DNA of 64,000 nt from Octopus sinensis (GCF_006345805.1 NC_043006.1:97030001-97094000); one strand, 5' to 3'; numbered from the stretch's first letter, positions 24,475 to 37,426 are shown. The notes: generated by a model from the sequence alone, not told the origin. Made by a program: numbers and translations.

Positions 24475-24645
24475 TAGGCGCAGGAGTGGCTGTGTGGTAA
24501 GTAGCTTGTTTACCAACCACATGGTTCCGGGTTCAGTCCCACTGCGTGGCACCTTGGGCAAGTGTCTTCTACTATAGCCCCGGCCGACCAAGCCTTGTGA
24601 GTGGGTTTGGTAGACGGAAACTGAAAGAAGCCCGTCGTGTATATA

Positions 24646-24688
<43 letters not shown>

Positions 24689-24914
24689 TATATATATATG
24701 CATTTGTTTGTCTGTATTTGTCCCCCTAGCATTGCTTGAGAACCAATGCTGGTGTGTTTATGTCCCCGTTACTTAGCGGTTCAGCAAAAGAGACCGATAG
24801 AATAAGTACTGGGCTTACAAAATAATAAGTCCCGGAGTCGAGTTACTCGATTAAAGGCGATGCTCCAGCATGGCCGCAGTCAAATGACTGAAACAAATAA
24901 AAGAGTAAAGAGTA
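24475..24914 (+). mobile_element. SINE family A
   Basis: Full-length match. Confidence 0.92.
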
Positions 24915-24924
24915 ATACTGAGAA

Positions 24925-25480
24925 GTAATATTTGTCACCACTTCAACATGGCTGTTCCATAGGAACCGACTTTACTACCATTTTTAACCCAGGAAGAGCC
25001 TCCTCCAGTTCGCAATATATAGAAAAGTGAGTGACAATCCGTCACCGATCTTGCAACACCCAAACGGTAGTGACGTCAGTTTCTATGGAACAGCCATGTT
25101 GAAGTGGTGGTAAGCATTACCTTTCTGTATAGTTACTGTTTTCATCTCTTATAATAGAGCTTTTCTAACTAGCAACTTTGCTTGTTGCAAGATCAGTGAT
25201 TGGTTGGCACTTATTTTTTGTATGTTTTGCGAGCAGGGCGAACTACTGCTATTTCTAGCAGGCGGATGTCCACCACTGAGGATGAGCACAAATAGCTCGA
25301 AACCGAAAGGTCTGGTGGTCCAGTCGCTGGAAGATGGTCGGGGTTCGCTCCCCTGCTGACAATATATATCGGGTGAAGTTTGCATCGATAGCCAGCTGGA
25401 AGAGGTTCCTCTTGGGGTTAAAAATGGCAGTTATGTCGGTTCCTACGGAACAACCATGCTGAAGTGGAATGAAATAACAT
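24925..25480. mobile_element. MITE-like inverted-repeat element with three arms
   Basis: Arm CACCACTTCAACATGGCTGTTCCATAGGAACCGAC (within 24925-25010) recurs inverted at 25075-25120 and 25396-25467. Confidence 0.65.
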
Positions 25481-25491
25481 TTTGCTTTTAA

Positions 25492-25710
25492 TAGGCGCAG
25501 GCATAGCTGTCTGGTTAAGATCGCTTTCTAACCATGTGGTTTCGGGCTTGGCCCCACCGAGCGGCACCTTGGTAAAATGTCTTTTACTACAGCCATGGGT
25601 GTTGATATCAATGACTTGTGCATAAATTTGGTTGACGAAAATTGTGTGGAAGCCTGTCGTGTGTGTATGTAAACCATCACCACTTGACAACCGGTGTTGT
25701 TTTGTTTACA
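25492..25710 (+). mobile_element. SINE family A, diverged partial copy
   Basis: GGCGCAGGCATAGCTGTCTGGTTAAG head; CTTGACAACCGGTGTTG. Confidence 0.7.
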
Positions 25711-25771
25711 TCTAAGAGACAAATGTGGAGCTTACATCGAGTAGAACAAAAAGTTTAACAAAACCAAATGA

Positions 25772-26166
25772 TATTCTTTTATTTGTTTCAGTCATTTGAC
25801 TGTAGCTATGCTGGAGCACCGCCTTTTAGTCGAGCAAATTGACACCAGGACTTATTCTTTGTAAGCCTAGTACTTATTCTATCGGTTTCCTTTTGCCGAA
25901 CCGCTAAGTTATGGGGACGTAAACACACCAGCATCGGATATCAAGCGATGTTGGGGGGACAAACACAGACAAACATATACACATACATATATACATATAT
26001 ACGACAGGCTTCTTTCAATTTCCGTCTACCAAATCCACTCACAAGGCTTTGGTCGGCCCAAGGCTATAGTAGAAGATACATGCCCAAGGTATCACGCAGT
26101 GGGACTGAACCCGGAACCATGTGGTTTGTAAGCAAGCTACTTATCATACAGCTGCCCCTGCGCCTA
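25772..26166 (-). mobile_element. SINE family A
   Basis: Full-length match. Confidence 0.92.
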
Positions 26167-26649
26167 TATAACAACAAATAATAAAATGTCCAGTAGGTGG
26201 GAGGACCACCTCAGATAACTCAGGGGGAACTCCACACACAGGCCCAGATTACTCTGTCACCTTCAACGCATCAAAAGTGCCCTTACCTAGTTTCTTTTCT
26301 GCTACTTAGAGAAAAAAGAACATGCTTAGAATAAGCTCTTTCAGCCTCACCCGTTTTGCCACACACTCTCACCCGCTTTTCGTTAAAGACACTTAAGGGC
26401 CGCCCCTCCATTTTTCCCCTCTCTTTCCTTTCAAGTGGTACTTGAGGAAGTTGATGCGAACTGTGGAGGAAATCCGCGTCGGGCGAACAGCCCGGAATTT
26501 AGGTTGGTGGGGGTAAATAGGAGAGGGTTTTGTCTGTTATGTCAACTCCAGTACTCTACGGAGGAGGAGAAGGAGGAGGAAATGTGATTTTCGTCCGCAG
26601 AAGGAATTGGCACTACGTGTGTATTCGACCTGCTATTGATTCTGATAGG

Positions 26650-27222
26650 ATCATGGTGGTAATGCCGATGGTCGTGTTATTGTTGTTGTTGCTACTGTTA
26701 TTGCTGCTGCTGCTGCGGCTACTGCTTTTACGGCTGCTGCTGCTGATTATGATGATATTGGAAAGTGGTGATGGTGGTGGTGGTGGTGACGAGGGTGACG
26801 AAGTCGATGACGATGACGATGACAATGATGGTGGTGGTGGTGGTGACGATGACGACGACGATGATGATGGTGATGATGTCGGTGGAGGTGGAGATGGAGT
26901 TGATGGTCACGGTGATGACAATGATGCTGATGACGGCGAAAACGATGATCTGTTGAAGATAGTGATGATGATGATGATGATGAGGAGGAGGAGGAGGAGG
27001 AGGAGAAGTGCAATGGTGGTGCTGTTACTGTTGTGTGATCTAGAGCTGGCGATGACAATGATGACGATGACAATGATGACGATGACAACGACGACAATGA
27101 TGATGATGATGGGGATGATGATGACTACGACGATGAAAACGATGATGATGATGATGATGATGATGATGATATGATGATGATGATGATGATGATGATATGA
27201 TGATGACTACGACGATGAAGAC

Positions 27223-27264
<42 letters not shown>

Positions 27265-27372
27265 ATGATGATGACTACGACGATGAAAACGATGATGATG
27301 ATGATGATGATGATGATGATATGATGATGATGATGATGATGATGATATGATGATGACTACGACGATGAAGAC

Positions 27373-27405
<33 letters not shown>

Positions 27406-27513
27406 TGATGATGATATGATGATGATGATGATGATGATGATGATATGATGATGACTACGACGATGAAGACGATGATGATGATGATTATGACTGATGATGA
27501 TGATGATGATGAT

Positions 27514-27566
<53 letters not shown>

Positions 27567-27599
27567 AGATGATGACTACGCTACGATGAAGACGATGAT

Positions 27600-27634
<35 letters not shown>

Positions 27635-27694
27635 ATGATGATGATGATGATGAATGATGATGATGATGATGATGACTACTGACGACGATGAGAC

Positions 27695-27736
<42 letters not shown>

Positions 27737-27843
27737 CTGATGATGACTACTACGATGAAAACGATGATGATGATGATGATGATGATGATATATGATGATG
27801 ATGATGATGATGATGATATGATGATGACTACGACGATGAAGAC

Positions 27844-27938
<95 letters not shown>

Positions 27939-28006
27939 ATGATGATGACTACGACGATGAAGACGATGATGATGATGAGATGATGAATGATGATGATGAT
28001 TATGAT

Positions 28007-28056
<50 letters not shown>

Positions 28057-28082
28057 ATGATGATGACTACGACGATGAAGAC

Positions 28083-28156
<74 letters not shown>

Positions 28157-28182
28157 ATGATGATGACTACGACGATGAAGAC

Positions 28183-28232
<50 letters not shown>

Positions 28233-28410
28233 CTACGACGATGAAAACGATGATGATGATGATGATGATGATGATGATATGATGATGATGATGATGATGA
28301 TGATATGATGATGACTACGACGATGAAGACGATGATGATGATGATGATGATGATGATGACGATGACGATGATGAATGATGGTGGTGGTGGTGGTGGTGGT
28401 GGTGGTGATG
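26650..28410. repeat. (GAT)n field with a higher-order unit marked by GATATGATGATGACTACGACGATGAA(A/G)AC
   Basis: The marker recurs more than ten times between ~27120 and 28330, separated by variable GAT runs. Confidence 0.92.
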
Positions 28411-28924
28411 ACGGTGGTAAAAATGACATATAATGAAACGAACGGACGACTCTCTCATGTTTTGATTTCAGCGCCTTATCTCAAATCTCTCTCTAAATCC
28501 CCCCACCACCACCACACCACCACCACCACCACCACTATCCTCTACCAACCGTCTGCTCCTACTCGTCCTCCTCCTCCCCCTCCTCCGATTTCCATCTCCA
28601 CGCCCTCCCCGCTTGTCAACCACTTCTAATTGCTTGAGCTGTCCTAGTCCCCCTCCTCCTCCTCCTCCTCCTCCACTCCCACCTTTTCCTCACGTCCCTC
28701 CCCCACCACCCCACCACCACCACCACCACCGCCTCCGCCTCCGCCGCCGCCACCACCAGATACCTTCTACAATCCCCAAACATCAGATTGAATGGTTCAC
28801 CGCACAAGTGATAATCGTTTGTTTGCTTTTTTACAGTCGACGATGAACAATTACGATGGCGTGGGACGTTTCCTTTTTCCTTTTTGTTGTTTGTTGATTG
28901 TTGTTGTTGTTGTTGCCGTTTTGG

Positions 28925-29265
28925 CTGTTTTATTTTAGCCCCAGGTCAGCCCTGATCGAGCAGACAGACCTCTGATCAAAATCAGTCCAAGCCGTGACTT
29001 ACCGATTTCCCTCTCACTCTCTGTCTCTGTCTCCTCTTTCCCTCTCCTTCTCTCTCACTTTCTTTTTTCTCTCTCTCTCTCTCTCTTCTCTTTCTCTCTC
29101 TTTTTCTCTGTCTCTCTCTCCTTCTCTTTCTCTCTCTTTCCTTCTTTCTCTCTTCTCTCTCTCCTCTTTCTCTCTCTCTTTTCTTTCTCTTTCCCACTCT
29201 CTCCCTCTCACTTACATTTCTCTCCCTTTCTCTCCTTCTCCCTTTCTCCCCCATCTCTCTCTTTC

Positions 29266-29330
<65 letters not shown>

Positions 29331-29450
29331 ATCCTTGCGCGCAGGAAAACCAGGATGACATCATGAACTTCAAACTTTCTAAGATGGTTAATATTGATTT
29401 GAAGGAGTTTAGCCGCTATTTCCAGCTGATCAGACGACCAATTAAAGGTG
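28925..29450 (+). repeat. Unclassified dispersed repeat split by a (CT)n tract; related copies at ~29670-29850 and ~33010-33080
   Basis: Shared TTTAGCCCCAGGTCA start (28.9 and 29.7 kb) and GAAG...TATTT(C/T)(C/T)AGC end (all three). Confidence 0.6.
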
Positions 29451-29859
29451 CAGCCGACGGTGTGACGGTTGTGAAGCTAATACATGTGATGTCTTTACGT
29501 TCTGAGTTCAAATTCGACCGAGGTCAACTTTGCCTTTCATACTTTCGGATGGTGGTAATGATAATGATGATGATGCTTCTGCTGATGATGCTTCTGCTGA
29601 TGATGATGATGCTGCTGATGATGATGATGATGACAGTTGGTGTTGTTAGTGTTGGTGTGGCGGTAGTTGTAGTGTTTAGCCCCAGGTCAAACCTATGGCC
29701 AAAGGCGGAGCAACCTTGATCATCCTGTCCTGCGATTCAGACACAGTATATCTGAGACTACTTTTTCCAAATGTGCTATTTTCAAAAATGATTATGAGAT
29801 GGGAAGGATCGGAGGAATTTTAGGTGCTATTTTTAGCAGGCTGAGTAGTGGCTGAGATT

Positions 29860-30780
29860 ATAGAATTGGTGGTGGTGCTGGTGGTGGTGCTGGCCGTATT
29901 TGTGTTTCTGATGTCACAGTAGTAATGGTAGACGGCGGGGATCGAATTAGGATCAAGGTGAAGGGCGGCGTTGTAGTATTGGTAGTAGTAGTAGTAGTAG
30001 TAGTAGTCGTAGTAGTAGTAGTAGTAGTCGATAGTGGTTGTGGTATCAGTGCAGCAGGATGATGTCTGTGGTGGTGGCTGTGGTGCTGGTGGTAGTTGTG
30101 TTGGTGGGGCGACGCTATTGATACTGTTGGCCCATGGCATCGATGATGTCATTGGTGGTGGGGGTGGTTGTGACGGTGCCAGGCGGTAGTTATCGTAGCG
30201 GTGGTAGGGGTGGTGGTGGTTGTGGTGCTGGTATTAGGGGAGGAAGTGATTGCGGTAGTAGTGGTAGTTGTGGACGAGGTGGTGATAGTGGTGGTTGTGG
30301 TAGTGGTGCTGGTGATGGTAGTGGTAGTAGTAATTGGTAATGGTAGTGGTAATAGGTAGTGGTGGTGATAGTTGTCGTAGTGTTGCTGGTAGTGATGGTA
30401 GTGGTGGTGATAGTGGTGGTGATAGTAGAAGTGGTAGTGGTGGTGTCGGTACTGATGAAGTGTTAGTAGAAGTGATAGTGGTGGTGATGGTAGTGATGGC
30501 GGTGGCAGCGCTGGTAGTTGTGGTAGTAGAAGTGGTAGTAAGAGTGGTAGTAGTAGAAGTGGTAGTAAGAGGGGTAGTAGTAGAAGTGGTAGTGGTGGTA
30601 GAAGAAGTGGTAGTGGTGGTATTAGTAGAAGTGGTAGTGACGGTGACGGTAGTGTTGGTGGTGGTAGCGCTGGTAGTTGTGGTAGTGGTGGTAGTAATAG
30701 AAATGGTAGTGGTGAAAATGGTGGTGGTGGTGGTGGTGGTGGTGTGGGGGTATTGGCGGCAGCGGCGGCTGTGGCGGGAG
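29860..30780. repeat. GTA/GGT trinucleotide low-complexity region
   Basis: Direct inspection. Confidence 0.85.
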
Positions 30781-30864
30781 GATGAAGTGCGCGCGGTTAT
30801 TGATGTTGAATCTAGCCACCCCAAATACATTCGTATCGATAGTCGCAATTACTGCATTACTCAC

Positions 30865-30982
30865 GGGGTCTGAAGGCCGAAGGGACAACGTAGAGCAGAT
30901 GCTTGAAGGAATTCCAGAGCTTTGAAGATAAGACAGAGTGACGTATGGTTTGTGCAGTTTTATGACTGCTCCAAAATTGCAT
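30865..30982 (-). CDS. Candidate internal coding exon (118 nt), tentatively similar to the soluble guanylate cyclase HNOBA/PAS region
   Basis: Minus strand ctgcatctgtttag|exon|gtgagt; non-repetitive island with open frame CNFGAVIKLHKPYVTLSYLQSSGIPSSICSTLSLRPSDP; product judged by eye only. Confidence 0.45.
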
Positions 30983-31156
30983 CTAAACAGATGCAGAGGC
31001 GTGAAGATATTAGCACATGCGGACATATGCAATTATTCACAGAACAAGCACACACTGCAATATAAATTCAAACACAGACACAGATGCGCGCGCGTGTGTG
31101 TGCTTCTGTGCATGTGTGTATATATGTATGTGTGTGTGTGTGTGAGTGGAAGAGAT

Positions 31157-31192
<36 letters not shown>

Positions 31193-31469
31193 GGAACTAC
31201 AAAAAGAGTAAGAACATAGTAAATGCATTATTGCGTATGTATCAGAGTAAATACCTCCCACTGCCTCTCTCGCTGTATGTGTATAAAAATGCATACATTT
31301 ATATATGTGTGTGCGTGTTTGTGTGCATTTATAATTAGGTATATAGGAAAATTCATAATTGTATACATACCTACATATACAAATATGTACATATATATAT
31401 ATATATTATATATATATATATATATAAACATGTACATTTTGTATATGTAGGTATGTATACAATTATGAA

Positions 31470-31685
31470 TTCAATATGTGACCGCGAGTGTATCGTTGGT
31501 GATTTTTTTCCTCCGTCTTCCCTTCCTTGGATCTTTCCTTTTCCTATGTTTCTGACGAAGAGCTCCGCTCGAAACGTTAAATCCTCCTTCTTTCTTTCCT
31601 TTCCTGAGCGTCCAATAACACTGTACTTGTTCCATGTCCTCGCGTTGCTGTGTTTTCTTTTTGTGTTTTCATGTTTGGATTAACT
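31470..31685 (+). mobile_element. Penelope-like pseudo-LTR remnant with a minimal hammerhead
   Basis: Pyrimidine-rich unit between TA-rich tracts containing CTGACGA A GAG-CTCCG-CTC GAAACGTTA. Confidence 0.6.
31549..31581 (+). ncRNA. Minimal hammerhead ribozyme motif
   Basis: Core CTGACGA, stem II GAG/CTC, GAAA, palindrome AACGTT; stem I only 2-3 A-T pairs. Confidence 0.5.
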
Positions 31686-31789
31686 TTATATATATATATA
31701 TATATTATATATATATATAACAGTTATGTTATCCGAAAATATATTGAAAATTCATTCATTTACATCATCTTTATGTTATTAAAGATAAA

Positions 31790-31990
31790 AGCAGGGTTTT
31801 TGAAATTTTTTCCGATATACATTAGCCTTGCGTGTAAATCTAAATCTATATCTAAAACGTATATTCTTACTTTCATGAACAGCGTCATACTAAGTCTTAA
31901 CTCTTTAAAACTACTTACTAAATCTTTCCTTATATTGCATCCACTAATTTTGTCTCAGATAGCTAAACCGTCATCTCTGTGCATTTTTGT
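31790..31990 (-). pseudogene. Penelope-like reverse transcriptase fragment
   Basis: Minus-strand translation HRDDGLAI*DKISGCNIRKDLVSSFKELRLSMT...VLDIDLDL resembles the YRDDGL...FLD segment of Penelope-like RTs. Confidence 0.65.
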
Positions 31991-32027
31991 TTGTATAAAA
32001 CAATATTAACAGACAAGGTTTCAAAGC

Positions 32028-33005
32028 TTCAAAGTATCATATACTCGTTGCAGTTGTTGAGCATAAAAGTCAGCATTCACAACATGAGCATCTGGGACAA
32101 GCTCAAAGTGCGACACTCCCTCGAAATTCCACCAAATATACATGACCTTCTGTTATTACCGCCCTTGTTTGATTACAGGTTATGAGACGTGGAAAGAACG
32201 AATCCATTGATTCCTCTTATTACAATTGCGAAAATAGGTCCATGTGAAGCTAATACATGTGATGTCTTTACGTTCTGAATTCAAATTCCGCCGAGGTCAA
32301 CTTTGCCTTTCATCCTTTCGGGGTCGATAAATTAAGTTCCAGTTACGTACTGGGGTCGATCTAATCGACTGGTCCCCCATTTCGCCATTTCGCCATTTCA
32401 ACACCCAAAACGAGCATTTCGTGGATTTGTCAGCTGTAGTTTGCAAAAGTTCGCACATCGTTGAGCCCGATCATTGGTCAATTCATAAGGAACCTCTCGA
32501 CAGCGTTTGCTCACAAAGCCGAGCGTATAAAGGTGTCGATTGATGGTACTTGTGAAGAGACACGTTCTGCCGATAATTTAGGAGTACTTGTGCATGGCCG
32601 TTGTTTACCGATTTCAAGTAAAACTTCATCTTTCATAGCAGGTCTCCTTGACCTAGGTTTGTCTACGAAACTAGTGTCACTTTCCTTGAAACATCTGAAC
32701 CAGTTTTGTGTCACACATTCGTTGACTGGGACTCCCACATCATTAATTTCTTCTGTCGCTGTTCTTGCTCTTTGTCCTTTTTTTCCATAGGTAGTGTAAA
32801 ATTTGCTCTAATTGCATTTTTTTTCACTTCACATTATTGAAACAGTAAAATAGAGAATAAGCAATTAATGTTTGTATGAAATTTTTTTTTAAAATGCAAT
32901 TTAGCAACGATTAGACGGGTTATATCAAATTAATGATTTAACATTGAGACACAAGTCGCCAAAAATCAGCAGTGATAATTCGAAAAAACTTTTGTGTCAA
33001 CCTGA
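32028..33005 (-). mobile_element. Mariner relic (5' TIR plus N-terminal and central transposase), interrupted by SINE D at ~32243-32380
   Basis: TIR TA|TCAGGTTGACACAAAAG; QNWFRCFKESDTSFVDKPRSRRP; IWWNFEGVSHFELVP...VNADFYAQQLQRV. Confidence 0.85.
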
Positions 33006-33169
33006 TACTTAAGATGATAGGGTGTAATTTGAAGAAATTTGGTTATTATTTCTAGCAGGTCCAGTGTGCACATAAGCAGCTAGATCAAATATATCAGCAT
33101 CTTCTGTTCTATTGAACTTATCAGTCTGCATGTTCAAAAGAGTTAATAGAGATTAGCAGATTAACGTAC

Positions 33170-34150
33170 AAGACAAAGGATTTGGAGTCTGGATTACCGG
33201 ACTAAACAAATGCATTAAGATATTGGAATATTAGGATAATACGTTCGGATACTAATGTATTATCCCAATACACTATATGTGTTCTTTTCTACTCTAAGCA
33301 TAAGGCCCGAAATTTTGGGGGAGGGGCAAGTCGATTAGTTTGACCCCAGTACGCAACTGGTACTTAATTTGTCGACCCCGAAAGTATGAAAGGCAAAGTC
33401 GACCTCGGTGGAATTTGAACACAGAGCGTAAAGACAGACGAAACACCGCTCAGCATTTCGCCCGGCGTGCTAACGTTTCTGCCAGCTCGCTGCCTTACTG
33501 GAATAAAAAATATATTAGAACACTGGAATACCTGACAAAATACCATTATGACATTGGAGACATACATTAGACAATGGAGTACTAGCTGAAATATGTTACG
33601 ACACTGGAGCACAGGTCAAACGCATTAGGCCACAGGTTAAATACATTAGGACAAGGGAGTATCAGGCTGAAAACATTAGGACATAAGAGCACCGAGTTAG
33701 ATAAAGTAGGATACAGGGATACCAGATTAAATAGATTAGGACAGATGTATCAGACCAAATACTCCAGGATACAGAAACACCAGGCTAGATACATGAGGAT
33801 ATATGAGTACTAGGACAAATACATTAGGACAAGAGATACCAAGCTAAACACATAAAGACAGCAGTAACATGTTAAATTCATTAGGACATGGACGTCCCAT
33901 GCTAAGTGGATTAGGACACAGGTTTAACAGACCAAATGGAGTAGGACATAAGAGTACCACATTACAGGCATTGAGACAATGGAGTACAGGAATGCATATA
34001 CCAGGACAAAGGAGTACTTATTTAGTAAAGAGGGGCACTGAAGCAAATCCATTAGGACACTGGATTATCAACGCAAAGCACATTAGGGCACAGGAGTATA
34101 TACTCTAGTACACACACAAGTGAATGAGATTAAATATCTTAGGGACGCTG
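33170..34150. repeat. Old degenerate ~30-bp minisatellite (approximate consensus TAAATACATTAGGACACTGGAGTACCAGGC)
   Basis: ATTAGGACA-like core recurs about every 30 bp; interrupted by a SINE D. Confidence 0.8.
33285..33496 (-). mobile_element. SINE family D monomer with tail B
   Basis: Head, body and CCCCTCCCCCAAAATTTCGGGCCTT..AGAGTAGAAAAG tail. Confidence 0.88.
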
Positions 34151-34187
34151 AAGCATCGAAGAACTAGACTACGAAACAAAGTTTCAG

Positions 34188-34645
34188 AGACGTGAACGCG
34201 GCTGTGGTAAGAAGCTTGCTTCCCAACCACACGGTTCCGGGTTCAGACTCACTGCGTAGCACCTTGAGAAAGTGCCTTCTACTATATCCCTGGGCCGACA
34301 AAAGCCTTGTAAGCGGAGTTGGAAGACAGACACTGAAAGACGTCCGTCATATATACACATACATACATATATATACACATACATACATACACATATATAT
34401 ATACATACACAAATACACACATATATATATAAGTGTATAAGTCTTTGAGTTTTTGTTTGTTCCTCACCACCGTTTGACAACCAGTGTTGGTGTGTTTACG
34501 TCTCCGTAACTTAGCGGTTCTACAAAAGAGACCTATAGAATAAATACGAGGTTTAAAAATAAAATGAGCACTAGGGTCAATTAGTTTGACTAAAATTCCT
34601 CAAATTGGTGCCGGAGCATGGCCGCGGACTGAAACAAGTAAAATA
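34188..34645 (+). mobile_element. SINE family A, diverged
   Basis: Full-length and recognisable. Confidence 0.85.
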
Positions 34646-34811
34646 TTTAAATATGCTAGGAAACTGAATTAATTTTTACTGTCCTGCCACTTAGATATCA
34701 GATTCTAACTTAGAAAGGAAGGCAGGACACAGATTAAGGGACTTGCACGTTCGATGAACTCCAGTCTTTGGCTGGAGATTTTTTGATGTTTTAAGTCAGA
34801 GAACGATAAAC

Positions 34812-34916
<105 letters not shown>

Positions 34917-35547
34917 CAGAGAGATATAGACAAACAGACAAGCAGACAGACAGATGGACAGACAGAGACCGACAGAGTGAAAGACAGAAATGGAGAAACG
35001 ATATGCAGCTAAACAGAAAAACTAAGGGACAACAAACGACAGTGAACGAAATGCATTGGTAACACTAAACGTTCATGAAAATTATGCTCAACCTTACTGT
35101 GGGGCCAGAATCTGGAATCGAGGAGGTGGTTGGGTGGGGAGGATCATTTGGAATTCATGTGTTTCTGGGACAACAGACAAATTCCTCAAGTTGAAAAGAT
35201 GAAGTGAATCTGAACGAACGAAAGAAAATGAACAAATGAAGACACATTCCTAAATGATTATTTATGAATTTATGCGCGTGAGAGTGTGTTTGCATGTGAG
35301 CATATATATATATATACCTCTATTTATCTATTTATATATAAACATATATATATGTGTGTGTGTGTGCAAGCATATATATATGTGTATGGTTATATAGGCA
35401 TATATATATGTATATGTATATATACATAGGTATATATATATGTATGTAACATGTATATATATATATATATATATACGCACATATACATATATATAATATA
35501 TATATATATTGATAGACAGATAGATAAGTAGATAGATAGATAGATAG

Positions 35548-35578
<31 letters not shown>

Positions 35579-35621
35579 CATACATACATGCATACATACA
35601 TACATACATAGACAGACAGAC

Positions 35622-35693
<72 letters not shown>

Positions 35694-35877
35694 CTATATA
35701 TAAGTATTCGTGTATATATAAATATATTTTGAGTAGGTATATGTACATGTATATGTTCCTATGTACATATGCGTGCATGTATCTGTGCTTATTTGTATAT
35801 GCGTTTTGCATGGTATACACACACATACACACCAACAAAAGTATGTGTGTAGTGTATGAATGTATGTATGATACATG

Positions 35878-35923
<46 letters not shown>

Positions 35924-36806
35924 CATACATACATCATACATACATACATACATACATACATACAAACATACATACATGCCTATATTCTATACATACATGT
36001 ATATGAATATCAGATGTGGTGGAGCATATGAATGCAGCAGATTGCGATATGCTAGTCATTGAGGTGCAGGGGAGAGGATAGATAGAGATTCATAGATAGA
36101 GAGAAAGAGAGAGAGAGAAAAAGAGAGAGAGAGAGTGAGGGGAGAGGGAAATTAAGAAAGACGAAGTAGAGAAATTGGAAGCGGAGAGATGAAAAGATAA
36201 GAAAAATATTAAAATGATGAAAGACAAGGGATTTTCAACCGAAAAAGAAAGAAGAGATATGTGTTTACTTTTGAGTGTGCGTGTGCGTGTGTATGTGTGC
36301 GCGCGCGAGCATTTATGTCTATGTTTGCGTGTGTGTATGAATGTCCATGTGTGTTTCTCCTAATATAACGACGTGGTAGCGGGGAAGGGAGAAACATTAA
36401 TGGTGGAAAGTGAAAGTAGAATCAAATTGTTGTTTTTTAATTTTATTCCGTTCATTTTTTTTGTGCGGTGTGTGGCGGAGTGATTACAGATTTTTGTTTG
36501 ATACATAATTAAATGGAATGAGAATAGAAGTTCATTATTCGTTGATTGATAGACACAAGTGGGTGGTGTTGAGGTGTGCGGTTTAGATTGTGGTTGCAGC
36601 TGCAGTTCACGTTCCTGTTGGTAGTTGTAACGTTTGCGTGTATGTGTAGCGTAGATATCGGAGAGACAGAATAACTACACACAAAGTACTTTTGCACTCA
36701 TACTCGAACTAGATATATATATAGTGTATGTGTGTGTGTGGTGTGTGTGTGTTGTGTGTGTGTGCGTGTGTGCGTGTGTCTGTGTGTGTGTGCATCGTTT
36801 TATAAA

Positions 36807-37206
36807 TCTTTATATATAAAAGTGAGGTTGTGTGCTGTCTGTCTCCTACGATTTAGATTCCTAACTACTCCCACATTTTGCGGTGCAGTTTAACCAAAAC
36901 CGGGTATCTTATTGTCGTGATTCATATCGAGCCCTTCTTGGTATTAGCGTGCGTCTACGATGAGTCTACGATTTTTAAAAAATTTACCATCATTTTGTTT
37001 CCATTTTAATGCATTTTTCTATCTTATATAAGGGAAGTAACTCTCTAAAAATGTCTACGATGGGTCAACGATTTAAAAAAAAAATTACCATCATTTTTTT
37101 TCCATTTTTAATTCATTTTTTTGCTATTTTTTGGCTATAACTCTCTAAAAATGCTTATATAGTTATTTCCCTTACAAAACGGATCAACACCGGGTGATAC
37201 TGCTAG
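36807..37206 (+). mobile_element. Non-autonomous Helitron
   Basis: A|TCTTTATATATAAAAG...CTAG|T termini, degenerate subterminal hairpin, no TSD. Confidence 0.85.
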
Positions 37207-37207
37207 T

Positions 37208-37426
37208 ATAATTATAAAATTATAAGCATAACTACCAAGTAATGCCACATGCAAGAAGACACCAAATGGCTCTAAAACTACTTTTTCAAGAGATCTTTTT
37301 CGTTCATTCCCTCGCTTTCAGCCCGTTGTCTATGTGATAAATAAAGTAGATTTAAAGCCATTTGGGGATCTTCTTCTAGCCTGTGACATTACTTGGTAGT
37401 TACCCTTTTTATAATTTTACAATTAT
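37208..37426. repeat. Imperfect ~80-bp-arm inverted repeat
   Basis: TAACTACCAAGTAATG..CCAAATGGCT..CTACTTT and its reverse complement around a ~55-bp loop. Confidence 0.8.

Noticed and set aside
29345-29386. Apparent 42-nt exon (ENQDDIMNFKLSKM) after a long CT tract
   Set aside because: It lies inside a dispersed repeat also seen near 29.7 and 33.0 kb; the pyrimidine tract is a microsatellite and the donor GTTAAT is weak
29475-29485. GCTAATACATG matches a stretch of 18S rRNA
   Set aside because: Only 11 nt, with no flanking rRNA similarity
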